A stretch of DNA of 60,323 nt, filler included. It is 5 parts of 5 records of this genome, joined end to end, with 100 filler letters (N's around TTAATTAATTAA, not from the genome) between each part and the next. Parts side by side here need not be neighbours in the genome. Positions count along the whole stretch, not along the records: positions 27,223 to 40,654 come from DRR723986_28309; positions 40,755 to 45,933 come from DRR723986_28322; positions 46,034 to 52,314 come from DRR723986_28563; 2 more parts are not named here. One strand, 5' to 3'. A program made the position numbers and the translations under genes. Below, piece after piece: positions 40,451 through 49,392 of this stretch; the stretch's first letter is position 1; each line of letters opens with the position of its first letter. The notes beneath the pieces are model-generated. The model saw only the letters and a program-made list of their open reading frames with translations. It did not search any database and was not told the origin of the DNA.

Positions 40451-40594
40451 GGCTCTTCCCCTTCTGCAGATCTGAAATCGTCAGCACCCTGCCATGCTGC
40501 ACCTGCAAAGGGAACGGGGAAATACGCGCGGGCGGAACCCTGCCTGTTTCCTGGGGCGTCCGACAAACCACTTGCACCAGCGAAAATGCAGGGC

Positions 40595-40623
40595 AAAAAA
40601 AAACGCCCGCGCGAAGCGGGCGT
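40595..40623 (-). terminator. Rho-independent terminator of a minus-strand transcript upstream of bdhA
   Basis: Minus strand: ACGCCCGC-TTCGC-GCGGGCGT followed by a long T-run. Confidence 0.8.
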
Positions 40624-40654
40624 AAAGTTATTGAGGCAGGTTTCATACAGGCAA

Positions 40655-40754
40655 NNNNNNNNNNNNNNNNNNNNNNNNNNNNNNNNNNNNNNNNNNNNTT
40701 AATTAATTAANNNNNNNNNNNNNNNNNNNNNNNNNNNNNNNNNNNNNNNNNNNN
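40655..40754. other. Artificial contig linker
   Basis: N-run with TTAATTAATTAA. Confidence 0.98.
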
Positions 40755-40783
40755 CAGGTGTCTAGGAAACTAGGGGCACATCA
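40755..40783. mobile_element. Terminal inverted repeat of an IS3-family-like insertion sequence
   Basis: Reverse complement TGATGTGCCCCTAGTTTCCTAGACACCTG begins 5'-TG and resembles IS3-type ends; it sits at the contig edge and abuts a truncated gene. Confidence 0.6.
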
Positions 40784-41521
40784 TCCTGATCATCACCAAT
40801 GGCTCTCTCTTGCACCGCGAGAAGCTCGATCTCATCCACCGCTATGACATCGACATTGGTCTTAGCCATGATGGGCCCGGCCAAGATCAGCGCGGGCCGG
40901 ACCCGCTGGAGAACTCCGAGCAGCGGCGGTGGATTGAAGCGCTGCTTGCCGAACGCAAAGGTCATGTCAGCATCAATACCGTGCTGACGGCGCAGAACCA
41001 TAATCTTGGGTTTATTAAGGCGTGGTTCCAGGAGCGCCTGGCGCCGGATGTGCCGCTGTCGCTCGAGGGCGTGGTTAATGTCTATGACGCCGCCACGTTC
41101 CTCGGGGCAGGGCGGTTTGATGAGGCGGGTCTCAATGCCATCCGGCGCTCGGTCTTTGAAAGCCTCTTTACCGATCGCAGCCCTCGGCCAGAAATGCGGG
41201 ATGGACCAGCCCGAGCACATTGCGGTCGATCTTCAGGGCAATGTCATGACCTGTCAGAACACTGGTGCAAAGGGGCAGCACAAGATTGGACACGTCGACG
41301 AGTTCGACGCCATCGCACTCTACACCGCGACGCATTTTGCCTTCCGAGACGAGTGCATGTCATGCCATGTCGTTCAGCTCTGCAAGGGGTCCTGCATGTT
41401 CCTCGAAGGGGAGTTCTTCAAGCAAAGCTGCGCCAACGAGTTTGCGTTTAATATGGCGGCGGTATGGGGGATGACGAGGATGATTGTGGTTGGGGTGAAG
41501 GCCATAGATAAGGAAAACTGA
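40784..41521 (+). pseudogene. Radical SAM / SPASM-type protein remnant (5'-truncated, frameshifted)
   Basis: IITNGSLL and SHDG in the frame of ORF 40810; Cys-rich C-terminus (KCG..D..G.V.TC...C..C....CKGSC) in the frame of ORF 41006; frame switch near 41170-41185; no CxxxCxxC. Confidence 0.75.
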
Positions 41522-41567
41522 CGCATGTTCGCCGAATGTTCTTTTAGTGTGGGGGCGAAATGCCATC

Positions 41568-42935
41568 TCACCCGAGCAAAACCCGTTTCACGCTATCCAC
41601 GCCCTGCAAAATGAGTTCAGCGTCGCCACGTGCCTCGACGTTCAGCCTCACAACCGGTTCGGTATTCGAGCTGCGCAGATTGAAGCGCCATTTGCCCATG
41701 TTGAAGCCCAGCCCATCCATTTCGTCGATGGATATTGCTTCGGGTTCAAATAATGCTCGGACTCTCGCGATGGCGGCCTTGGGGTCGTCTAGCGTGAAAT
41801 TGAGCTCCCCTGAAGAAGGAAACGCCGCTTTTCGATCCGCGATTAGATCCGCAAGCGGACCATGGCGGCTGACCAGTTCGGCCACGAGCAACCAGGGGAT
41901 CATGCCACTGTCGCAGTAGACGAAGTCGCGGAAATAGTGATGCGCTGACATTTCGCCACCGTAGACAGCATTTTCATCCCGCATGGCTTGTTTGATGAAG
42001 GCGTGACCAGTGCTCGTTTGAACAGCTCGCCCGCCAGCTTTCGCTACAAGGTCTTGCGTATTCCAAATGATCCGAGGATCGTGAATGATCGTCGAGCCTG
42101 GCTCTTTGGCAAGGAATGCCTCTGCGAGCAGACCGACGACATATTCGCCGTCGATGAAGGCTCCGGTGTGATCAAAGAAGAAGCAGCGGTCGAAATCGCC
42201 GTCCCATGCAACCCCGAAATCGGCGCCCGCAGCGCGAACGGCGTCTGCAGACGCGGGTCGGTTTTCTGATAGGAGCGGGTTTGGGATGCCTTTTGGAAAT
42301 GTACCATCTGGTTTGTGGAATAGACGTTCGAACACCAACGGAGTCCCAAGCTCTGTCAGTCGCGCTGCAATTGCATCAAACGTAGGTCCGGCAGTTCCAT
42401 GACCTGCATTCACGAGTATTGTCAGAGGCTTAAGCGCGGAGATATCAACAAACTGGCAAATGCGATCGACGTATGCTGCACGCGCCTCTCCCACGACGTT
42501 CCGGAACTTGCCGAGAGTGGTGCTTTTCTCGAATGCGTTTGCCTCGGCGAGCTCTTTGATACGCGCCAGGCCGCTGGCCAAGTTAAGCGGCGCCGATCCC
42601 GCCCGCACCATTTTCATGCCGTTGTAATCCATCGGATTGTGTGAGGCAGTCACGCAAATCCCGCCATCGGCCCCGAAATGGGTAGTCGCGAAATACATCT
42701 CCTCGGTGCCAGAGAGCCCAAGATTAAGTACTTCGCAACCTTGATCGGTCAGTCCTTGTGCGACTTTGCTTGCAAGTTCCTCTGAGGATGCTCGGACATC
42801 ACGTCCGAGAACAACCGTTTTTGCTTCAAGTGCAACCGCAAAGGCTGCGCCGATGCGGTAGGCGATGTTTTCGTCCAGATCGATGCCCAGGCGGCCACGG
42901 ATGTCGTAGGCTTTGAAGCAGGTCAGAGATGTCAT
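41568..42935 (-). CDS. manB: Phosphomannomutase
   Basis: FKAYDIRG, TASHNP, DGDFDR, GEMSAH, RSSNTEP. Confidence 0.95.
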   Translation of the reverse strand: MTSLTCFKAYDIRGRLGIDLDENIAYRIGAAFAVALEAKTVVLGRDVRASSEELASKVAQGLTDQGCEVLNLGLSGTEEMYFATTHFGADGGICVTASHNPMDYNGMKMVRAGSAPLNLASGLARIKELAEANAFEKSTTLGKFRNVVGEARAAYVDRICQFVDISALKPLTILVNAGHGTAGPTFDAIAARLTELGTPLVFERLFHKPDGTFPKGIPNPLLSENRPASADAVRAAGADFGVAWDGDFDRCFFFDHTGAFIDGEYVVGLLAEAFLAKEPGSTIIHDPRIIWNTQDLVAKAGGRAVQTSTGHAFIKQAMRDENAVYGGEMSAHHYFRDFVYCDSGMIPWLLVAELVSRHGPLADLIADRKAAFPSSGELNFTLDDPKAAIARVRALFEPEAISIDEMDGLGFNMGKWRFNLRSSNTEPVVRLNVEARGDAELILQGVDSVKRVLLG

Positions 42936-44377
42936 CCTTTAGCCCCTTGCCCACGTGCGTAGACATCTTCGTATCTAATGATGTCGTCCTCGCCGAGATA
43001 GCTGCCAGTCTGGACTTCGATTAGGGTGAGCGGCACCTTGCCGGGATTTTCCATGCGATGGACGGCGCCGAGCGGGATGTAGACGGACTGATTTTCCGAG
43101 ACGAGCTTGATGTCGTTATCGACGGTCACTTTGGCGGTGCCTCCGACGACGATCCAGTGCTCGGCGCGGTGGTGGTGGCTTTGCAGGGATAGCGCCGCGC
43201 CGGGGTGGACGACGATGCGCTTCACCTGAAAGCGCGGTCCGACGACGAGGCTTTCGTACCAGCCCCAGGGGCGGTAGTCGCGTGGGAGCGTTTCGGCCTG
43301 TGGGGCGGCTTTGGCCTTCAGCGCGGCGACGGCCTGTTTGACCTCTTGCGCGCGGTCCTTGTGGGCAACCAGCACGGCGTCGGGCATGGCGACCGCGATG
43401 ATGTCTTTGAGGCCAATGCCGACAAGCTGCTGTGCTTCGCTCGCTGCTTGTAAAAGCGTGTCGTGGCAATCAAGCGCACTCGCGGGACCAGCGGTGACGG
43501 TGCCAGTGTTGTCGGCCTCGGCTTCGCGCCAAACGGCCTGCCAATCGCCGAGGTCTGACCAGGCGCCCGCATAGGGGACAACAGTCAGGTTCGGCGCACG
43601 CTCCATCACAGCGTAGTCAATCGAGATTTCGGGGAGGTCGGCCCATGGCGCGGGGGCGAGGCGGGTGAAGGACAGGTCTTTTTCCGCCGCCTCAAAGGCC
43701 GCGCGTGTGGCTACCAGAACCTCGGGCGCGTGGGCAGCAAAGGCGTCAAGGATACTGGTCGTCGAGAAGAGGAAGATCCCCGCGTTCCACAGGTGCATCC
43801 CACCAGCCAGAAGCGCCTCGGCCTTGGCGAGATCGGGCTTTTCGACAAAGCTGCGAAGGGGTTGCGGCTTGGGGGCAAAGTCGGGCGTGGGGTTTGAAAG
43901 TTCAAGCCAGCCATAGCCCGTCTCAGCTCGATCTGGGCGGATGCCGAAGGTGACAAGCTGACCAGCGGACGCGGCAGGTGCGGCGGCCTGAACGGCGTCG
44001 CGAAAACGAGGGGCATCGGGGATCACATGGTCTGAGGGTGCCACCAACATCAGCGCACCAGTCGCGCGGGCCTCCAGCGCCAGGGCGGCGGCGCAGATCG
44101 CTGCGGCGGTATTCTTGGCGGAAGGCTCGATCAGGATGTCGGCGGGGGCAATGTCAAGCGGGGCAAGCTGTTCGATCACGATGAAACGGAAGTCGGCGGC
44201 GGTAACAATCGTGGGCGCGGCAAACCCCGTGCCAGACAAGCGACGCGCCGAGGCCTGATAGAGGCTTTCGTCGCCGGTCAGCTCGACGAACTGCTTGGGG
44301 TAGGACTTGCGCGACAAAGGCCAAAGCCGCGTGCCGGAGCCGCCGCAGAGGAGAACTGGGTGAATGAGGTTTGCCAT
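42932..44377 (-). CDS. manC: Mannose-1-phosphate guanylyltransferase / mannose-6-phosphate isomerase
   Basis: GGSGTRLWPLSR..PKQF, FVEKP, SIDYAVME, RPWG, C-terminal cupin HHHRAEHW. Confidence 0.95.
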   Translation of the reverse strand: MANLIHPVLLCGGSGTRLWPLSRKSYPKQFVELTGDESLYQASARRLSGTGFAAPTIVTAADFRFIVIEQLAPLDIAPADILIEPSAKNTAAAICAAALALEARATGALMLVAPSDHVIPDAPRFRDAVQAAAPAASAGQLVTFGIRPDRAETGYGWLELSNPTPDFAPKPQPLRSFVEKPDLAKAEALLAGGMHLWNAGIFLFSTTSILDAFAAHAPEVLVATRAAFEAAEKDLSFTRLAPAPWADLPEISIDYAVMERAPNLTVVPYAGAWSDLGDWQAVWREAEADNTGTVTAGPASALDCHDTLLQAASEAQQLVGIGLKDIIAVAMPDAVLVAHKDRAQEVKQAVAALKAKAAPQAETLPRDYRPWGWYESLVVGPRFQVKRIVVHPGAALSLQSHHHRAEHWIVVGGTAKVTVDNDIKLVSENQSVYIPLGAVHRMENPGKVPLTLIEVQTGSYLGEDDIIRYEDVYARGQGAKG

Positions 44378-44386
44378 AATAAACTC

Positions 44387-45346
44387 TTAACGCCTGAAGG
44401 TCTCGGAATTGGCCAGAAACCATTGGTAGGTTTCCGCAAGCCCCTGATCCAATCCGATCTGTGCCGACCAGCCCATCTGGGTCAGCCGCGAAACATTCAT
44501 CAGTTTGCGCGGGGTTCCGTCGGGTTTGGTCGGGTCGGTGACAATGCGCCCCTTAAAGCCTGTGATCACGGCGACCTTTCGTGCCAGCTCAAGGATCGAG
44601 ATGTCGATGCCAGTGCCGACGTTGATATGGCTCAGCATGGGTTGGGTGTTCGCCTCGTAGTCGGCTTTCGGCAGATCAAGCACGAAGAGCGAAGCGGAAG
44701 CCATATCATCCACATGCAGGAACTCGCGGCGTGGGGTGCCGGTGCCCCAGATCGTCACCTCTTCGGTTCCTGATTGCGCGGCCTCGTGAAAGCGGCGGAT
44801 CACGGCAGGCAGGACATGACTGTTCTCGGGGTGGAAGTTGTCGCCGGGGCCATAAAGGTTGGTTGGCATGACCGAGCGGTAATCGGTGCCGTGTTGGCGG
44901 TTATAGCTTTCGCAGAGCTTGATCCCAGCGATCTTGGCAATGGCATAGGGTTCGTTCGTCGGTTCCAGCACGCCGGTCAGGAGCGCATCCTCGCACATCG
45001 GCTGCGGCACGGCGCGGGGGTAGATGCAGGACGATCCAAGCTGCAAGAGCCGCGTGACGCCAGCGGCAAAAGCCTGATGGATGACATTCGCCTCAATCAT
45101 CAGGTTGTCGTAGATGAAGTCGGCGGGATAGCTGTTGTTTGCGAGGATTCCGCCGACCTTGGCAGCGGCAAGGATTACCACATCGGGGCGCTCGGCTTGC
45201 ATGAAGGCCCGTACAGCGGCCTGATCGGTCAGGTCCAGTTCCGCATGTGTGCGGGTGACGACGTTGGTTTCGCCGCGCGCTTGCAACTGCCGCAGGATCG
45301 CCCCTCCGACCATGCCACGGTGGCCTGCAAGGTATATCTTGCGCAT
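44387..45346 (-). CDS. fcl: GDP-L-fucose synthase
   Basis: [41 protein letters not shown]. Confidence 0.95.
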   Translation of the reverse strand: MRKIYLAGHRGMVGGAILRQLQARGETNVVTRTHAELDLTDQAAVRAFMQAERPDVVILAAAKVGGILANNSYPADFIYDNLMIEANVIHQAFAAGVTRLLQLGSSCIYPRAVPQPMCEDALLTGVLEPTNEPYAIAKIAGIKLCESYNRQHGTDYRSVMPTNLYGPGDNFHPENSHVLPAVIRRFHEAAQSGTEEVTIWGTGTPRREFLHVDDMASASLFVLDLPKADYEANTQPMLSHINVGTGIDISILELARKVAVITGFKGRIVTDPTKPDGTPRKLMNVSRLTQMGWSAQIGLDQGLAETYQWFLANSETFRR

Positions 45347-45350
45347 CGCC

Positions 45351-45933
45351 TTACCCCTCGATCGAAACGGGCAGGTCCAGCCCATGTTCGCGCAACAAGC
45401 GGGTGCGGCGCGCGTTTTGCAGGTCGTGGGCAACCATTTCGGCGCACATTTCCTGAACCGTGATCTCAGGCGTCCAGCCGAGCTTGGCCCTGGCCTTGGA
45501 GGGATCCCCAAGGAGCGTTTCGACCTCGGCGGGGCGGAAGTAGCGCGGGTCGATACGCACGATCACATCGCCAACCGAAAGCGCAGGCGCCGCATCGCCG
45601 TCAATCGCGGCGACAATGCCGACCTCGTCCAGCCCCTTGCCCTCAAAACGTATCGTGATGCCCAACTCGGCAGCGGACCATTCGATGAACTGACGCACGG
45701 AGTATTGCACGCCGGTGGCGATGACAAAATCGTCGGGTGTGTCTTGTTGCAGCATCATCCACTGCATGCGAACGTAATCCTTCGCGTGGCCCCAATCGCG
45801 AAGGGCGTCGATATTGCCCATGTAGAGGCAAGGCTCCAACCCCTGAGCGATATTGGCCAGACCGCGGGTGATTTTGCGAGTCACGAATGTCTCACCGCGA
45901 CGAGGGCTCTCGTGATTGAAGAGGATGCCGTTG
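45351..45933 (-). CDS. gmd: GDP-mannose 4,6-dehydratase (5'-partial)
   Basis: [34 protein letters not shown]. Confidence 0.95.
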
Positions 45934-46033
45934 NNNNNNNNNNNNNNNNNNNNNNNNNNNNNNNNNNNNNNNNNNNNTTAATTAATTAANNNNNNNNNNN
46001 NNNNNNNNNNNNNNNNNNNNNNNNNNNNNNNNN
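45934..46033. other. Artificial contig linker
   Basis: N-run with TTAATTAATTAA. Confidence 0.98.
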
Positions 46034-46061
46034 CACCGTGAACCAGTTTTGCGTGCGGATC
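46034..46061 (+). repeat. 28-bp direct repeat identical to the other contig end (52287-52314)
   Basis: CACCGTGAACCAGTTTTGCGTGCGGATC at both ends. Confidence 0.95.
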
Positions 46062-46087
46062 GCGTCCGCCATTCTACGCAAGATCAT
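46034..46087 (-). CDS. 5' end of a further conserved-leader paralogue (3'-partial; not in the ORF track)
   Basis: ATG at 46087 reads MILRRMADAIRTQNWFTV to the contig edge; purine-rich RBS upstream. Confidence 0.85.
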
Positions 46088-46111
46088 CGGCTCATTCCCC
46101 CATTTTCCTGA

Positions 46112-46879
46112 CTATTTAAATTTTGCTTCGTGGCGAGCTTCCATGGGCATCAGCGCCGCCCGGATGGTGGCACCCCAGATGATGTTGCCCAGATCATTAA
46201 AGTGTAGGTTATCTTCAACGAAGATGTCTGTCATGACCTTGCCGTCTGCATTAAGAAACGGGCTTGCCACATCCACATAAAATACCAATGGGTCATTATC
46301 GGCTATGGCTTTATACCCGGCATTAACATGCTGTGCCGCTAGCCAAACCGCTTCCCGCGAGACGCTTGGCTTGATAGACAAAACATAAATGCGGGTTTCA
46401 GGCAGCGCATCATGAATGCGCCCGATTATGGCCTTCAGGTCCCCTAAAATATCGTCACGGGTCAGCCCAAACTGAGTCAATGCAGTATCATTGTCCCCTT
46501 CGTAAATAAGGATCGCTCGCGGCTTATATGTCAGGGCGACGCGGTCCAGATAATGCAAAACATCACGCATAATAGAACCACCAAAGCCCCTTGGTATGAC
46601 CGTTAGTGGGGCCAGTGCCTTTATTGATTGTTCACTCCATCGGGCGATGCTGGAACTGCCGGTTAGCACAATGGCCCCTTCTGGCGGCGGGGAGAGCAGG
46701 TCTTGTTCCTCAAAACGCTTTATAGCATTTTCAAAACGCCTTGCGTCCGGATAATCCTGAGCGGCCAATGGGCCTGTTGCCAGCACCGCAAACAAAAGAG
46801 CAATGATAGTATGTATGCTGAAGGTGTAACCTCTCATCGTTTTAGTGGCTTTCTCATCTGCTGTGCGATGCAATATCAT
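46112..46879 (-). CDS. Secreted SGNH/GDSL hydrolase
   Basis: GSSS, RGFGGS, YEGDND, DNLH blocks; signal peptide from the Met at 46837; first residues MILHRTAD look like a leader relic. Confidence 0.85.
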   Translation of the reverse strand: MILHRTADEKATKTMRGYTFSIHTIIALLFAVLATGPLAAQDYPDARRFENAIKRFEEQDLLSPPPEGAIVLTGSSSIARWSEQSIKALAPLTVIPRGFGGSIMRDVLHYLDRVALTYKPRAILIYEGDNDTALTQFGLTRDDILGDLKAIIGRIHDALPETRIYVLSIKPSVSREAVWLAAQHVNAGYKAIADNDPLVFYVDVASPFLNADGKVMTDIFVEDNLHFNDLGNIIWGATIRAALMPMEARHEAKFK

Positions 46880-47412
46880 GGTGTTTCTCCCTCATTGGGG
46901 CAAAAGCTGCCACCGCAGCGCTCGGTCATGTAGGTTTCAACTTCCAACAGCCATGTGCCGCCTTCACGGCGCCATTTGGCGGTATAGCTGCCCGATGCAA
47001 AGCTGGCGGCTGAATGGCTTTCGCCGCCGTGCCATGTGCCGTATTCCATCGCGATTGGAAATGTGGATGAGGCCTGAACGCAAGCAGGGGTACGCACATA
47101 AATCGCCCGGCCCCGGCTTTCGCTGTCAGCACGCCATATATCAAGCTGTGCTTCGCGGCCAGTGTAAACATCGCTGTCGGTGCCGGTAATCAGCAGCACA
47201 TCTTCCGCGAGCACGGCCTCAATGGCCTCTATGTCCAGCGAGCGGATAGCGGCATTGAAAGCATCACGTTGACCGCGAATAGCGGCGACGTGCGCGCTGT
47301 CCCCAGTGTCGGTACAAACGGGCTTTTCATTTGCACTGACATGAAGTGAAACCGCGCTGTGTAAGGCGGCGCACACCAAGGTGGTGATCAGTCTTAAGCG
47401 ATGTAAAGTCAT
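46876..47412 (-). CDS. Secreted NTF2-like / SnoaL (DUF4440-type) protein
   Basis: Signal-like MTLHRLRLITTLVCAAL (ATG 47412), FN.AI..D, E.G.W, GSY.AKWRR.GG.W. Confidence 0.7.
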   Translation of the reverse strand: MTLHRLRLITTLVCAALHSAVSLHVSANEKPVCTDTGDSAHVAAIRGQRDAFNAAIRSLDIEAIEAVLAEDVLLITGTDSDVYTGREAQLDIWRADSESRGRAIYVRTPACVQASSTFPIAMEYGTWHGGESHSAASFASGSYTAKWRREGGTWLLEVETYMTERCGGSFCPNEGETP

Positions 47413-47434
47413 ACCAAAGTTGCTTTCATAGGGG

Positions 47435-47494
47435 TTAATATGCGTACTCAGACGCGGTGTGCACCAAGAGCTTACCAGAGCCTTCAACGGTCAC
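47435..47494 (-). pseudogene. Diverged duplicate of the PaaI gene 3' end (19 codons plus stop)
   Basis: VTVEGSGKLLVHTASEYAY* versus VTFEGSGKLVVHATSEYAY* at 48179-48238: 15/19 aa and 45/60 nt identical. Confidence 0.9.
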
Positions 47495-48051
47495 TGCAAA
47501 ATGCCTTCTGTTGGGCCGTTATTGTTGGTGGTGGATGCAACCGGTTCAGGCGCAAAAAACGGGTATAATTCCCATACGAGCGGCACATCTGTTCGCTCTT
47601 CAAGCCCTTCATCTATGGCGTTACGGACGTCTTCGGTATAGGCAAGTCGAACTTGTTGCCAATATTGCCGGCCACCCGGCGTTTTAAGATACATCAATGG
47701 TATGCCCAGCGAGCTTCGATAAATTTGCTCGTCAATAAGATCATCGTTGTGCAAAAACACGACCCGTTCTGCGATATTGATGCCGCGGTGCATTAAGTAT
47801 CCGAATTGAACCTGCTCAACGGGTGTAGCGCCCTCATAATCTTGAAAGCATGCCTTGATAGCTTCGAAGGTCTCAGCGTCCCGCGTGAGATACTCATACA
47901 ATGTGTTTGTTACATCGAACGCCTCGTGTTGACGCTCGGCGCGCGCCAAGTCGTGATCGGCACGCTGTTGGATATAGATCGCAATCAAAGATATCAGGAT
48001 CGCAATAATACCCGTGATTTCAGCGAGATTTGTAAGTTTTTTGAGGTTCAT
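47491..48051 (-). CDS. Hypothetical protein with N-terminal TM anchor
   Basis: 186-aa ORF co-oriented with the array; LAEITGIIAILISLIAIYIQ TM; TPGG..YW motif. Confidence 0.7.
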   Translation of the reverse strand: MNLKKLTNLAEITGIIAILISLIAIYIQQRADHDLARAERQHEAFDVTNTLYEYLTRDAETFEAIKACFQDYEGATPVEQVQFGYLMHRGINIAERVVFLHNDDLIDEQIYRSSLGIPLMYLKTPGGRQYWQQVRLAYTEDVRNAIDEGLEERTDVPLVWELYPFFAPEPVASTTNNNGPTEGILQ

Positions 48052-48178
48052 ACTATGTCTGCCTGATCAATATTGTTTACTGGCCGCCCGTTGTACTAAG
48101 CAACAAGGCTGGAAAAGCAACAAACACGAGCGTGGAAGCAATGACACCATTGAAGGCCTTGCGCAGCTGCTTTTTACG

Positions 48179-48628
48179 TTAATATGCATATTCGGATGTG
48201 GCGTGCACCACCAATTTGCCGGAGCCCTCAAAGGTTACTTTGGTCTCGCCGTAAGCAAGCGTTTTGCCCATTTTCAGCACCCTCGCCTCAATGATCATAT
48301 CATCGCCGATGGCCGCGCGCAGAAACTGGTTGTTTTGGCTCACGGTGCCTTTGCTGGGGCGCGGGTATGTGTGAATGGCCATGGACATAACCGTATCCAC
48401 CGCTGACATCAGCGCCTGCCCGCACATGGCGCCGGAGAAAAACTGCTGTGAAGGGTCTTGGCGCAGCCGGGCTTTTATCCGGCCTTCTTCCACCTCGAGA
48501 AACTCTAACCCCTGCTGTTTGACCCACGGGGCGAAAACAAGGGCGTAAAGCTCGCTAGCATTCTCCATGGTGTAAGGACCATAGTTGGAGATTGTGGTGA
48601 TTAGGTCTTCTGATTGGGTCGGCTTCAT
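48179..48628 (-). CDS. PaaI-family hotdog-fold thioesterase
   Basis: FAPW, G..CGQALM..VDT, T.S...QFLR, ARVLK.GK.LAYGE. Confidence 0.8.
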   Translation of the reverse strand: MKPTQSEDLITTISNYGPYTMENASELYALVFAPWVKQQGLEFLEVEEGRIKARLRQDPSQQFFSGAMCGQALMSAVDTVMSMAIHTYPRPSKGTVSQNNQFLRAAIGDDMIIEARVLKMGKTLAYGETKVTFEGSGKLVVHATSEYAY

Positions 48629-49392
48629 TCGGCGCTCTCCGCATGCTGGATATTGAGCATTGCATCCAGCTGTTCATGCACTGCTTTGGTTTGTTCCACC
48701 CATGACTTAATCCCTACCAGGTTCACCACGGCGTCGTAGGCCTCCAGATTGTAGGCAATGGCATTCAGCGCTGATGGGTCTTTTGCCAATCCTGGTCCAT
48801 CGCATGTCTGGGCCAAATCATATTCCGTGCGCTTAGGGTCGCCTGCGAGCGGAACAATCACAGGTACTGTCTGAATGAGTTTTGGATAAAAACGCGCGAG
48901 GTCAACCGCAGTTCTGCTTACGGATTCAATAATGTATGTTAGGGCCTCTTGCCGCTGAGTAAGTTTAGCAAGACTACCGACCAAGCGGCTATTGCGTATG
49001 ATCCCGGTCCGGCCGGCATCGCGAAGCGTGATCATGGAAGGTAGACTGGTTGGCAGCACGGCCGTGATATGCGATGTGCCAAGAGCTTTACACTCATCTT
49101 GCGTTAAAGGACGCTGTTCTGTCCTGCCAAATAAGACATCGGCGGCGGATTCCATGTCGGTAAAATACTTTAGCCGAAAACTGAGTGTCCGTTTTGTAAT
49201 TTTCTCCATCTCAACAATATCTTGATGCAGCGCTTGCAGAAAAACGGCTTCATCGGCCCGGTCAATACGGGCTTGGTTCCATTCGTTGACCTGAAGGCCA
49301 AGGAAAATACCAATTACAACAATCAGTATTTCGATGATCACGATGAACCAGTTTTGGGTGCGGATGCCGTCCGCCAAGCGGCGCAGGATCAT
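48625..49392 (-). CDS. Conserved-leader paralogue (DUF6090-like single-TM protein)
   Basis: MILRRLADGIRTQNWFIVIIEILIVVIGIFLGLQVNEWN; family name recalled, not verified. Confidence 0.8.
   Translation of the reverse strand: MILRRLADGIRTQNWFIVIIEILIVVIGIFLGLQVNEWNQARIDRADEAVFLQALHQDIVEMEKITKRTLSFRLKYFTDMESAADVLFGRTEQRPLTQDECKALGTSHITAVLPTSLPSMITLRDAGRTGIIRNSRLVGSLAKLTQRQEALTYIIESVSRTAVDLARFYPKLIQTVPVIVPLAGDPKRTEYDLAQTCDGPGLAKDPSALNAIAYNLEAYDAVVNLVGIKSWVEQTKAVHEQLDAMLNIQHAESAE

Noticed and set aside
41170-41185. Programmed frameshift in the radical SAM gene
   Set aside because: No slippery heptamer, and the gene is also 5'-truncated, so decay or assembly error is more likely
27265-45989. Many long antisense or alternate-frame ORFs (e.g. 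31038-31742, 32453-33283, 39359-40015, 44774-45463)
   Set aside because: Shadows of well-supported genes in GC-rich DNA, with no recognisable motifs
47389-47412. NTF2-like start MTLHRL as another leader relic
   Set aside because: The similarity to MILRRL covers too few codons and is also normal for a signal-peptide n-region
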